A stretch of DNA of 64,000 nucleotides from positions 1,860,001 to 1,924,000 of the forward strand of contig JBHGNT010000022.1 in assembly GCA_043228905.1 (NCBI GenBank), in the 5' to 3' direction. The notes under the pieces were generated by a model that worked only from the letters and a program-made list of their open reading frames with translations, was not told the origin of the DNA and made no database searches. Positions 12,292 to 23,572 of the stretch are shown here, piece by piece. Numbering within the stretch: position 1 is the first letter of the stretch; each line of letters begins with the position of its first letter. This DNA comes from Azolla caroliniana. Taxonomy: Eukaryota > Plantae > Polypodiophyta. The position numbers and the translations under genes are program-made.

Positions 12292-15200
12292 TGTTGAGAA
12301 CTGTACGCTCCCTATGCTCAACGCTCGGCCACAACCGAGCTTAGAATCATACACAGAAAGTGGGAAGTAAATGCACGACACAAAGAAGAGAAAAGGTACA
12401 CAAGATGTTTACGTGGAAAACCCAAACTAAGGAAAAAACCACGGCAGCCCACAGGCTGCAAACTATCACTATCTTGGAATGTACAAATAGTGAGTTCACG
12501 GAGGCAACGACCTCGTGCTCATGATCTTCGCCACAGGCGGCGGTTACAACAGAGGCAACGACCTCTTTCTCTCTCTCTCTCTCTCTATACACTGTTACAC
12601 CCTCTAATTTCGAGCAAAACAAGAATGACAACAACAACAGTCATGTAAAAAATAATGCCCTAACTCATATTTATACTAATATGACTTTTCGGCTATTTAC
12701 AAATATAGCCACGATGGACTCTCAGAAACATATTTACGAATATGTCTCTTCATCCGGTTCTCACCAGGTCTGTACCATCCGGTTCTCTGTAGCCGGGTAC
12801 TCCTCATCCGGTCTTCACCGGGTCTGTATCATCCGGCTCTCCGTAGCCGGGTACTCCTCATCCGGTTTATACCGGGTCTGCACCATCCGGCTCTCCATAG
12901 CCGGGTACTCCTCATCTGGTTCATACCGGGTCTGTATCATCCAGCTCTCCGTAGCCGGGTACTCCTCATCCGGTTCATACCGGGTCTGCACCATCCGGCT
13001 CTCTGCAACCGGGTCCTCCTCATACGGTTTCGGCCTCGGCCTATCGGCACTGTTCTTCTCCCTTCCCATCCGGAGGGACCTGTCACCCAACAAACTCCCC
13101 CTTCACTCCGGCATGGGGTGTCTTACCAGTCCGATTCTCTTCCGGCATGCATCCAGCTTGTCGGGTATCAACACTTTGGTCAGCATATCTGACCCATTCT
13201 CGGCCGTGTGGATCTTCATCAGCGCGAACTCCTGGTCATCTACTCTTTCCTGGATCCAGTGATAACTCCGTTGGATATGCTTCGTCCGGGAATGATAGGC
13301 CGCATTCTTAGCAAGGTGGATGGCACTTTGACTGTCGCAATAGAGTCGGTATTCATCGTGCTAGATACCGAGCTCTCCGATGAAGTCCTTCATCCATAAG
13401 ATTTCCTTGCCGGCTTCCACAGCCGCCATGTACTCCGCCTCTGTGGTTGACAATGCAACCGTCTTCTGCAGCCTCGACTGCCACGAAACACCTCCCCCTG
13501 CATATGTCATTACATACCCGGATGTCGACCGGCTGGTATCCACATCAGCCGACATGTCCGAATCGGTGAAACCGTCAAGTTCAGGTTCTCCGGAGCCGAA
13601 TCGGAGACACATATTTGAAGTGCCTTTCAAATACCGGAGTATCCATTTGACCGCGTTCTAGTGCTCCTTGCCGGGATTGCTCATGAACCGGCTCACCACT
13701 CCGACTGCATATCCTATATCCGGTCGGGTACACACCATTGCGTACATCAAGCTCCCGACGGCAGAGGCATATGGAATCTTCATCATATCCGCCTTCTCTG
13801 CTTTCGTCTTCGGGCTTTGCTTACCGGATAGCTTGCAGTTTGCCGAAAGTGTCGATCCGACCGGTTTCGCATCTGACAGGTTGAACCGGTGAAGCACCTT
13901 TGTCACGTACTTCTCCTGTGACAGCGATAATTGCTTCGCTGACCGGTCCCGAATGATGTGCATCCCCAACATCTGTCTTGCCGGACCCAAGTCTTTCATT
14001 GACAAGGTCCGGTTGAGAGCCTTCTTCAGCATCCGTATTTTGACTTGGTCCCGTCCGACTATCAACATGTCGTCCACGTACAAAAGGAGTAAAGGAGTAT
14101 CAGGAAGTCGCCTCCTTCAAACTTCTTCATAAACACGAAGTGATCTTCCTGCGTCTTGTGGTACCCTTGATCGGTCATGAAGGAGTTGAACTTCCGGTAC
14201 CATTGCCGGGGGGCCTGCTTTAACCCGTAGAGGCTCTTCTTCAACCGGCAAACCAGGTGCTCCTTCCCTTTCTCCACGAATCCTTCCGGTTGCTACATGT
14301 AGATCTCTTCTTCGCGGTCACCGTGAAGGAATGTCGTCTTCACGTCTAGCTGCTCTACCTCGAGGTCCATGCTTGCCGCTATACTCAGCACCGTACATAT
14401 GGAGGTCATCTTTACTACCGGGGCAAATATCTTGTCGAAGTCCACGCCCTTCTTATGCTGGAACCCCTTGACCACTATCCTGGCTTTGTATCTCGGGGGG
14501 TTGCCGGCATCTCCCGGTTTCAACTTGTACACCCACTTGTTTATGAGTGCCCGCTTTCCTTTCGGCAACTCCACCAATTCATACGTATGGTTCTCATGCA
14601 GGGAATCCATCTCATCCTACATGGCACTTAACCATTTTCGGTTGTGGGTGTCTTCCTTCGCTTCTTCGAAGCTTTCCGGCTCCCCCTCATCGGTCAGCAG
14701 AACATGCTCTGCATCCGGAAATCTCCGGGGGGCCCTTCTCTCTCTGAGAGGATATCTCCGTCTCTGGGCTTCGGTGACCGGCTCATCCATCTGCTCTTCA
14801 TCCGAATCCGATTCGGGGTCTTGGCCAGTTCCGGTTTCAGCTTCCTCTACTTCTTCAGCCCGTTCGGTATCCTCACCGTAACCGTCTGGTCCCTTGAGTG
14901 CTAACCGGTCTCTTGCCGGTTGGGTCCGCTCATCGTAGAGTCGATCCTTACCGGTCGACTCGGAGTTCATTATCTTCTTCTCCGACTCCCAGTCGGCGAG
15001 CATCTTGTTCTCCATGAAGATAATATCTCGACTCCGGAATACCTTCTTGTCGACCAGGTCCCACACTCGGTAGCCGAACCCATCGTCACCATAACCGAGG
15101 AATATGCATGGTCGGGTCTTTGGATCTAACTTTCCTCTCCGGTCCTTAGCTACATGCACGTACGCGAGACACCCGAACACCTTCAGATGCCGATAGGATA

Positions 15201-17722
15201 CTTCCTTACCGGTCCACACTCTCTATGGCGTGTCTCCGTCCAAGGGTACTGAGGGTGATCTATTTATCACATATGTCGCCGTCGACAGTGCCTCAGCCCA
15301 AAACTTCTTGGGTAGTTTTGCATGCGCTAGCATACTCCGGACCCTCTCCATTATGGTCCGGTTCATCCTCTTGGCCAGTCCATTTAGTTCCGGTGTCTTC
15401 GGCACAGTAAATTCGAGCCGGATTCCCTTCAAGCGGCAGTACTCCTCGAACTGCCCCCGGTATTCTCCTCCGTTATCTGCTCGAACTGCCTTCACCTTCC
15501 GGTTGGTTTCTCTTTCCACTCTTGCGTGGAGCTCTTTGAAGACGGATAAGGCTTGATCCTTCGTCTTCAACAGTGTGGCCCACAGCTTCCGGTTGTGGTC
15601 ATCTATGAACGTCACGAAGTACTGCGCTCCGGCATGTGACTTCATGTCTACTTGACACACATCCGTATGCACCAACTCCAGTGGTGCATTATGTCTCATC
15701 GGTGGCCTTGGTCGGAAGGAGGTCCGGTTTTGCTTACCGGCCAGACAATCAGTGCACTTCTCCAAGTGCACGTTCTTCACTGGAATGAGGTTGTCGTCTG
15801 CAAGCCTCTTCATCCCCTTCTCGCTCATATGACACAGCCTCTTGTGCCACAGCTCACCGGCAGTGTCGGATGCCATGTTCACTCATCAGGTACAGTGTGT
15901 TGACCTTCCGAGCCCGAGCCACAATTAGGCTCCCTTTGTTGAACTTCATGACACCGTTTCGGATGCTACTCGTGTAGCCTTCATCGTCTAGCCGACCGGC
16001 TGATATCAGGTTCAGACGAACCTCCGGAACGTGTCGGACATCCTTCAACAAAAACTTGCATCCGGTTGGTGTTGACAGCCACACGTCTCCTATGCCGACA
16101 ATTCGGCATGTACCTTCATTCCCCATCCGAACACAACCGTGATCACCGGATGAGTAGGATGAGAAGCATTTCCGGTCCGGGGTAAGGTGGAACGACGCTC
16201 CGGAGTCTACCACCCAGGTCATCTCGTCGCCGGCAAGGTTTATCTCACTCTCCTCGGTGATGAGCATCAACTCCTCTTCACTTGCCGTGATTGCCGTCGT
16301 TCCCTTCCGGTCCGGTCCCCTACGGTCTTTACCGTTCCGGTCCGGTGTCCGCTTCGAATTGGTGCCGTCGGTTTCCTTGTCTTTACGGAAGTGCCGACAG
16401 TTCTTCTGGAAGTGTCCTGGCTTGCCGCAATAGAAGCAAGTAGGCCTCCCCCTTGACTTTGACCGTGTCCCCGACTTCTCCCAGTTCTGGGGACTACGGT
16501 TTCTATGTCTTCTGCGTTCCGATTCGGTAAGGAGCGCTTTGGAGTCGGAGCTCGTATCCTTATCTTTCCGACGCGCCTCCTCATCTAGCAGGCTCGACTT
16601 CACTCTTGCTAGGGATAACCGTTTTCCTTCCGGCCCGGCGTTGCCCAAAGTGACAACCAACGTCTCCCAGCTATCTGGGAGGGAACCGAGCAGGAGTAGC
16701 GCTAGTACCTCATCGGCGAGAGGTACTTCCAATGAAGTTTCCTGGTGGATCAGCCCCTAGAAGGCATTCATGTGCTCCGCCATGTTGGAGCCATCTTGGT
16801 ACCGGAGTCTTACTAGCTTCCGGAATACCGAAACTTGATTAACAACATTTCTGTTCTAAAACATTATGCCGATCTTCTCCCAGAGCTCATGAGCCTTGCT
16901 CTCTTCATTGAAGTTGTTGTACAGGCTCATGTCGATGAAGCACCGTATGTACGCCGTTGTCTTCATGTCCATCACCACCCATATCGCAGCGTCAATTTTG
17001 TCCGGTCTCTTGTCCCCGAACTGAACCGGCAGCCAGAGGTCTTTAACCACGAGCATGTCCCTCATCTTCGACTTCCATACTGAAGGATTGGAGCTGGTGA
17101 GCTTGAACATGCCGCCAAACGATTCGTCCATTTTTTGTGTCGTTTTGCTCTGATACCACTTGTCGAGAACTATGCGCTCCCTATACTCAACGCTCGGCCA
17201 CAACCGAGCTTAGAATCATACACAGAAAGCGGGAAGTAAATGCACGACACAAAGGAGAGAAAAGGTACACAAGATGTTTACGTGGAAAACCCAAACTAAG
17301 GGAAAAACCACGGCAGCCCACAGGCTGCAAACTATCACTGTTAAGTGCTCTAATCTCGTGCAAAACAGGAATGACAACAACAACAGTCATGTAAAAAATA
17401 ATGCCCTAAGTCATATTTATACTAATATGACTTTTTGGCTATTTACAAATATAGCCACGATGGACTCTCAGAAACATATTTACGAATATGTCTCTTCATC
17501 CGGTTCTCACCGGGTCTGTACCATCCGGTTCTCTGTAGCCGGGTACTCCTCATCGGGTCTTCACTGGGTCTGTATCATCCGGCTCTCCGTAGCCTGGTAC
17601 TCCTCATCCGGTTCATACCGGGTCTGCACCATCCGGCTTTCTGCAGTCGGATCCTCCTCATACAGTTTGTTCATCAGCACTGTTCTTCTCCCTTCCCATC
17701 CGGAGGGACCTGTCTCCCAACA
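12292..17722 (-). mobile_element. Ty1/copia element G1 (Tnt1/Tork-like), full length, degenerate
   Basis: LTRs 12292-13092 and 17161-17722; TSD TGTTT; iMet PBS 17147-17158; PPT next to 13093; gag, CCHC knuckle, WVVDSGASFH protease, INT, RT and RNase H fragments with stops and frameshifts. Confidence 0.95.
12743..13025. repeat. 57-bp tandem repeat in U3 of G-family LTRs; copy number varies between LTRs
   Basis: CCGGGTACTCCTCATCCGG..CCGGGTCTG(T/C)ACCATCCGGCTCTCCGTAG repeated about 5 times here; fewer copies at ~17500-17660, ~18240-18310 and ~27000-27190. Confidence 0.85.
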
Positions 17723-19815
17723 TGTTTTTCTTCTTCTGCGTTTGCTTCTAGTTATTTCTCCTTCCATCGGCCGTCTCTTCTGTCAGCTAGTCGTCCGTCC
17801 ATGTCTCCATCGTCGTTGCCATCTCTATCTCCATTGTCGGCGCCATTTCCATTTTTCGTTGTCGTCGTCCTTGTCTACCCTATCCGGCCAATCTGCACTT
17901 GGTCGTTTACTCCAGCGGGCTTTCCGGCGCCATCCGGCTATTACGGTCGCTTCTGTCGATGTTTGACTGTCGTTCCTATCACTCTCCAACTGCACCACTG
18001 TCTGATTGTCATCCCGGCTTTGTGGCCGTTGTGGCCGCTGATTCTCCAGCCGTCGTCAGGAGTCTTCGCCGTATCTATGTATCTATCGGCCCTGTCTGGT
18101 CATCACCATTTCCATTTTTCATTGTCGTCGTCTTCATCACTGTTGTTTGTCATCACCATCTCAATATTTGGTTATCTTAGTCTCTGTTTCTGTTGGGAGA
18201 CAGGTCCCTCCGGATGGGATAGGAGAAGAACAGACCCGATGAAGACCGGATGAGGAGTACCCGGCTACGGAGAGCCGGATGGTGCAGACCCGGTGAGGAA
18301 TGCTCACCGGATGAAGAGACATATTCGTAAATATGTTTTTGAGAGTCACATTCGCAAACTTTTAGCATAGTGTAGTTGTTGTTGTCATTCTTGTTGGTGC
18401 AAGAAAAGAGAGAGAGCGCGTAACTGTGTACAGAGAGAGAGAGAGAGAGAGAGAGAAAGAGGTCGTTGCCTTTGTTGTAACCGCCGCCTGTGGCGAAGAT
18501 CGTGAGCACGAGGTCGTTGCCTCCGTGAACTCACTGTTGTACATACTAACAGAGTGATAGTTTGCAGCCTGTGGGCTGCCTTGGTTTTTCCCCTAGTTTG
18601 GGGTTTTCCACATTAAACATCCTGTGTACACCTCTCTTCTTTGTGTTGTGTTTTATTTCCCGTTTTCTGTGTATGATTCTAAGCTCGGTTGTGGCCGAGT
18701 GTTGCGCATAAGGAGCGTTTAGTTCCCGTCAAGTGGTATCAGAGCGAGACGACACAGAAAATGGACGAATCATTTGGCGGCATGTTCAAGCTCACCAGCT
18801 CCAACTATTCAGTGTGGAAGTCGAAGATGAGGGACATGCTCGTGGTTAAAGATCTTTGGTTACCGGTTCAGTTCAGGGACAAGAGACCGGACAAGATCGA
18901 CGCCATAATATGGGAGGTTATGCACATGAAGACAACGGCGTACATACGGTGCTTCATCGACATGAGCCTATACAACAACTTCAATGAAGAGAGCAAGGCT
19001 CATGAGCTCTGGGAGAAGATCGGCATAATGTTAGCGGACCATAATGGAGAGGGTCCGGAGTATGCTAGCGCATGCAAAACTACCCAAGAAGTTTTGGGCT
19101 GAGGCATTGTCGACGGCGACATATGTGATAAATAGATCACCCTCAGTACCCTTGGACGGAGACACACCACAGAGAGTGTGGACCGGCATCTGATGGTGTT
19201 CAGGTTTCTCGCGTGCTTGCATGTAGCTAAGGACCAGAGAGGAAAGTTAGATCCAAAGACCCGACCATGCATATTCCTCGGTTACGCTGACGATGAGTTC
19301 GGCTACCGAGTGTTGGACCTGGTCGACAAGAAGGTATTCCGGAGTCGAGATATTATCTTCATGGAGGACAAGACGCTCGCCGACTGGGAGTCGGAGAAGA
19401 AGATAATGAACTCCGAGTCGACCGGTAAGGATCGACTCTACGATGAGCAGACCGAACCGGCAAGAGATCGGTTAGCACTCGAGGGACCAGCCGGTTACGG
19501 TGAGGATACCGAACGGGCTGAAGAAGAAGTAGAGGAAGCTGAAACCGGAACCTGTCAGGAATAGTACTAAAGCAGAGATGGAATTAGTACTAAGAAGAGT
19601 AGTACTATTAGTACTAAGAAGACAGGACTGCGTAAGATTCCCGAGAGAGAGGAAGTGAGAAGAGGAGAGAGAGAGAAATAGAATGATGACAGCAGCTCTT
19701 ATATTATATGAAAGATAAGTACAAATCGGCTAAGAGGCTTAAGACTGGTGTTGAACCAATTTGGTTCAACATAATGCTTAGTGCCTTCTTTTATAGTGTT
19801 CTCAGGAATAATCCT

Positions 19816-19833
19816 GAAGCTTCTAGAATGTTC
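19816..19833. promoter_or_regulatory. Heat-shock element in LTR of element F (copy at 25052-25069)
   Basis: GAAgcTTCtaGAAtgTTC about 20 nt upstream of a minus-strand TATAAAA. Confidence 0.65.
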
Positions 19834-19902
19834 CAGAGAAATCTGGAATATACATTACTTTCTTATAATAAAACATAAATGAAAATAATATTCTATGAAT
19901 TA

Positions 19903-19975
19903 CAATAGATGGTGAGATGGTTAAGAGCTCGACCCATATACCATAAGGTCATGGGTTCGAGTCTTGCCATCTCAT
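19903..19975 (+). ncRNA. tRNA-like Pol III A/B-box module at the U3 end of element F LTR (copy at 25139-25211)
   Basis: TGGTGAGATGGTTAAG (19910) and GGTTCGAGTC (19954-19963); T8-to-T54 spacing 46 nt; also folds as a long hairpin 19913-19974. Confidence 0.65.
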
Positions 19976-19990
19976 GACACTATCTCCCCC

Positions 19991-22900
19991 TTAAAGACGA
20001 CGAGTGGAACGAGTCAGCGCTACTTGCGGACCGGGTTTGTCCGGATACTTTTGGTGGAAATCAGCAAGAAGATCTTGTGCATTGGCAACATTCTCGACGG
20101 GTTCCCAAGTACGTTCGCTCGGACTATAACCGAGCCAATCGACCAAGTAATAGAGTTTGTTGCGAACAAGTTTGGAATCGAGGATGGCAGCAACTTCATA
20201 CTCCGGGCCGGCGTCCAACTCCAGTGGGGGCGGCGGTGGTGTCACACGATCGGGAATGGTGTTTGCTTTATAAGGTTCAAGAAGAGAACAATGGAAAACC
20301 GGATGTATCTGAAGCTGCGGAGGGAGATCAAGGCGGAAGGTGACATCATTAATCTTCCCCGTAATACGGAAAGGACCGAGTCGTCGATAATCCAACTTGT
20401 CGCACGGTCGAGTAGTCTTGATGTGACGACGTAAGAGCCATACTCGATCTCCGATGGCAAAAGAGGAGGGAATCCGATGACGATCCGCATAAGTCTTCTG
20501 TGTGTGTTGAGCATGACGAAGGTGAGTAGAGAGATCCATCTGGATCTTGCGTAGCCTCTCCAAATGATCCTCGGCACGAGGGTTGGTAGGTAGCTCCGGA
20601 GCGTCGATCACCGACCAGCGAGGATGGAAACCGGTATAAGCGAAAAATGGGGAGACCCGAGTCGAGGAGTGAATAGCATTATTATACGCAAACTCCGCAA
20701 AGTGGAGAATCTCGGCCCAATCGTCCTGTTGATAACTCAGGAAACACCGGAGATATTGCTCCAGCGTTTGGTTTGTTCGTTCCGCCTGTCCGTCGGTCTG
20801 AGGATGGTAGCCGGAGGAGAGGTTGCAGGAGACCTTGAGCATCTTGAAGAGATGCTGCCAAAATTTGGAGACAAATTGCGGGCCTCGGTCACTGATAATA
20901 CTGTCTGGGAGGCCATGATGCCGAAAAACCTCACGCATAACAAGAGCGGCGGTTTCCTCGCTAGTGATGGCTTTAGTACATGGCACAAAATGTGCCATCT
21001 TCGTATATCGATCGACGACGGTTAGGATAGCATCGAACCCTTTCGAGACCGGCAAATCTGTGATAAAATCAAGACAAATAGACTGCCATGGCTTACTTGG
21101 AATTGGTAAAGGTTCCAACAAGCCATATGGATGGTGTCGTGGCATCTTTGCTCGGCAGCAAGCATCACAAGTCCGAACGTAGTCGTCGACAAAACGGCGC
21201 ATGTGGGGCCACCAAAAAGATCGCTGCACTAGCTCCAACGTCTTAGTACTACCGAAATGTCCCGCCGTATGGGTGTCGTGACAATGTTGGACAATTTGAA
21301 GGCGACAGGAGCAATCGGGGACATATACGCGCTTTTTAAAGAATAACAAACCATCATGATATTCGAATTGTCGGTAGTCAATACCTGGTTGTTGAGACTG
21401 AGAACAGGATGCCCGAGAAGTATCAATGTGCGCCAGGATGTCTTGAGCAAAACTATCCGTCTTCAAGGTTGCACGTATGTCATCGGTAATCCGTGAATCC
21501 ATCGGGGTGTGAAAAATCCGCGTCGTGTGCAATCGTGTTGGTCCCAAGATTACTTGCTTTTGATTATCAAATGTTGCTTCACCAGGACGAGGTGCAAGAT
21601 ATGAACGTCGTGATAGTGCATCTGCTTTTCCTTGCTGCTTCCCCGGTCGATATGTGATTTTGAAGTCGAAACGCGTGAGGAATTGCGCCCACCGAGCTTG
21701 CCGTCGATTTAGTACGCGAGCATTCTGAAAATAAGCAAGATTTTTATGATCGCTGAAGACAATGACCTGATGTGGAGAGCCCTCTAAGAAATGCCGCCAT
21801 TGTACAAATGAATCCACGATGGCTAATAACTCCTTGTCATGTATTTCGTAGTTGATTTCTGCGACATCGAATTTGCGCGAATGGAAAGCCACCGGATGCA
21901 ACTCTTCTTTATCACCTTGTTGAGAAAGGATGCTACCGAGGGCGAAATCTGATGCGTCGGCCTCCATGATGAATGGTTTGCTTGTATCCACATGAGCTAG
22001 AATCGGTGCTGATGTAAAGGCTTTCTTAAGATGCCGAAAAGCCATATCTGCTTCAATGGACCAAAGAAATGCTTGGCCCTTCTTCGTAAGTTGTGTGAGA
22101 GGTAAAATAATCTTCGAGTAATCCTGTATAAACTTACGGTAGAAGTTAGCAAAACCTAGAAAACATTGTACATCTCGTACCGACCGTGGAATTTGCCACT
22201 CTAGTACAGTTTGGATCTTAGCTGGATCCATGGCGATGCCCTTTGAGGAGATGACGTAGCCTAGAAATTCCACTTGCTTGCAGTCGAAGCTACATTTTTC
22301 TAGCTTGGCATAAAGACCATTCTCGCGGAGTCGCTTTAGTACTAATAGTACATGAGAGTCGTGCTCTTCCTGGGTCTTCGAATAAATCAACAGATCATCC
22401 AGATAAATGATCAAACAGATATCCAAGAGGTCTCTGAATATATCATTTGCCATGTGTTGGAAGACTGCGGGTGCATTGGTTAGGCCAAACGGCATAACAG
22501 TATACTCAAAATGCCCATACCGCGTGCGAAAAGCGGTCTTCCACTCATCTCCCGGTCGGATCCGCACGAGATTATACGCTCCGCGTAGGTCGATTTTAGT
22601 AAAAAACTTGGCACCATTAACTCGCTCTAAAAGACTTGATATAAGAGGAAGTGCATACCTATTCCGGATGGTGACTTTATTTAATCCGCGGTAATCAACG
22701 ACAAGACGAAGTGAGCCATCTTTCTTCTTGACAAAGAAGATGGGTGCACCGGCCGGAGATTTCGAATGACGGATGAACCCGCTTGCCAAGTTCTCCTCTA
22801 TGTAGGCTCGAAGGACTTCTAACTCGGTGGGTGACAGGTTGTAAATTGGTCCCCATGGTGGCTCGGTTCCTGGTTGTAAATCGATGGGACAGTCATAGGG

Positions 22901-23572
22901 ACGGTGATGAGGAAGGGTACCGGCTTTTACCTTGTCAAATACATCGGCATAAGGATGATATTTTGCCGGAAGTTGTACTGAGGAGTCCTTCTTAATAGTG
23001 CTGGAAGGATGTACTGATATGGAAAATAGGAACATTGCCTCCTTGGGTCCTTCTTCGCGTAGTTGATGGAGTGAAATGGTCGAAACTCGGCGAGTTGATT
23101 CTTGGGGTGGTCGATATCGGACTTCTCTTGTTCTCCAATCTATGGTTGGATTATGTAACTCAAGCCAAGGTAATCCTAGGACAATGGGATGCTCTGGACT
23201 ACTAATTATATTAAATGATATTATACACACAAAACTACCTAGGACAACTTGAATGGGTTCTGATTCTTCTACAATATTCCCGGAAGCAATGGGACGACCA
23301 TCAATGACCACTACAGATGCGGGACAAGGAAGTTTTCTTAAGGATATCTGAGAAGCTTGGGCAAAATTTCGATCCATGAAACAAGAATTAGCTCCGGAAT
23401 CTAAAAGTGCTAGAACGGGTACTGGGGGAGTACTTTTAGTACTAACAATGACTTGGGCTAGGAACACATTGCTAACTTGCTTGGAAGGAATGGAACCACT
23501 AATGGGCTGTACAGATCTAGGGCTGCTGTCCAACCAAATGGCTCCTATTTTGGCTGGACTCAATCGTTTAAC
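19991..23572 (-). CDS. pol: Pol of element F (PR-RT-RH-INT-chromodomain), in the -1 frame relative to gag
   Basis: ALLDSGA protease; YLDD RT; EADASD RNase H; HHCC and DDE integrase; GPF motif; C-terminal chromodomain; 1190 codons without a stop. Confidence 0.96.
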   Translation of the reverse strand, partial: VKRLSPAKIGAIWLDSSPRSVQPISGSIPSKQVSNVFLAQVIVSTKSTPPVPVLALLDSGANSCFMDRNFAQASQISLRKLPCPASVVVIDGRPIASGNIVEESEPIQVVLGSFVCIISFNIISSPEHPIVLGLPWLELHNPTIDWRTREVRYRPPQESTRRVSTISLHQLREEGPKEAMFLFSISVHPSSTIKKDSSVQLPAKYHPYADVFDKVKAGTLPHHRPYDCPIDLQPGTEPPWGPIYNLSPTELEVLRAYIEENLASGFIRHSKSPAGAPIFFVKKKDGSLRLVVDYRGLNKVTIRNRYALPLISSLLERVNGAKFFTKIDLRGAYNLVRIRPGDEWKTAFRTRYGHFEYTVMPFGLTNAPAVFQHMANDIFRDLLDICLIIYLDDLLIYSKTQEEHDSHVLLVLKRLRENGLYAKLEKCSFDCKQVEFLGYVISSKGIAMDPAKIQTVLEWQIPRSVRDVQCFLGFANFYRKFIQDYSKIILPLTQLTKKGQAFLWSIEADMAFRHLKKAFTSAPILAHVDTSKPFIMEADASDFALGSILSQQGDKEELHPVAFHSRKFDVAEINYEIHDKELLAIVDSFVQWRHFLEGSPHQVIVFSDHKNLAYFQNARVLNRRQARWAQFLTRFDFKITYRPGKQQGKADALSRRSYLAPRPGEATFDNQKQVILGPTRLHTTRIFHTPMDSRITDDIRATLKTDSFAQDILAHIDTSRASCSQSQQPGIDYRQFEYHDGLLFFKKRVYVPDCSCRLQIVQHCHDTHTAGHFGSTKTLELVQRSFWWPHMRRFVDDYVRTCDACCRAKMPRHHPYGLLEPLPIPSKPWQSICLDFITDLPVSKGFDAILTVVDRYTKMAHFVPCTKAITSEETAALVMREVFRHHGLPDSIISDRGPQFVSKFWQHLFKMLKVSCNLSSGYHPQTDGQAERTNQTLEQYLRCFLSYQQDDWAEILHFAEFAYNNAIHSSTRVSPFFAYTGFHPRWSVIDAPELPTNPRAEDHLERLRKIQMDLSTHLRHAQHTQKTYADRHRIPSSFAIGDRVWLLRRHIKTTRPCDKLDYRRLGPFRITGKINDVTFRLDLPPQLQIHPVFHCSLLEPYKANTIPDRVTPPPPPLELDAGPEYEVAAILDSKLVRNKLYYLVDWLGYSPSERTWEPVENVANAQDLLADFHQKYPDKPGPQVALTRSTRRL
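23518..23572 (-). promoter_or_regulatory. -1 programmed ribosomal frameshift signal
   Basis: G TTA AAC heptamer (23572-23566) lies in the short gag/pol overlap; 6-nt spacer; 11-bp hairpin GTCCAGCCAAA/TTTGGTTGGAC (23559-23528). Confidence 0.8.

Noticed and set aside
11849-12344. Hydrophobic F/S/L-rich ORFs as an env-like or membrane protein
   Set aside because: They are translations of a pyrimidine low-complexity tract that is open in all three frames
19903-19975. Functional tRNA genes in the LTRs (also 5694 and 31296)
   Set aside because: Acceptor and anticodon stems do not pair properly; only the A/B boxes and spacing are kept, so they are called tRNA-like modules
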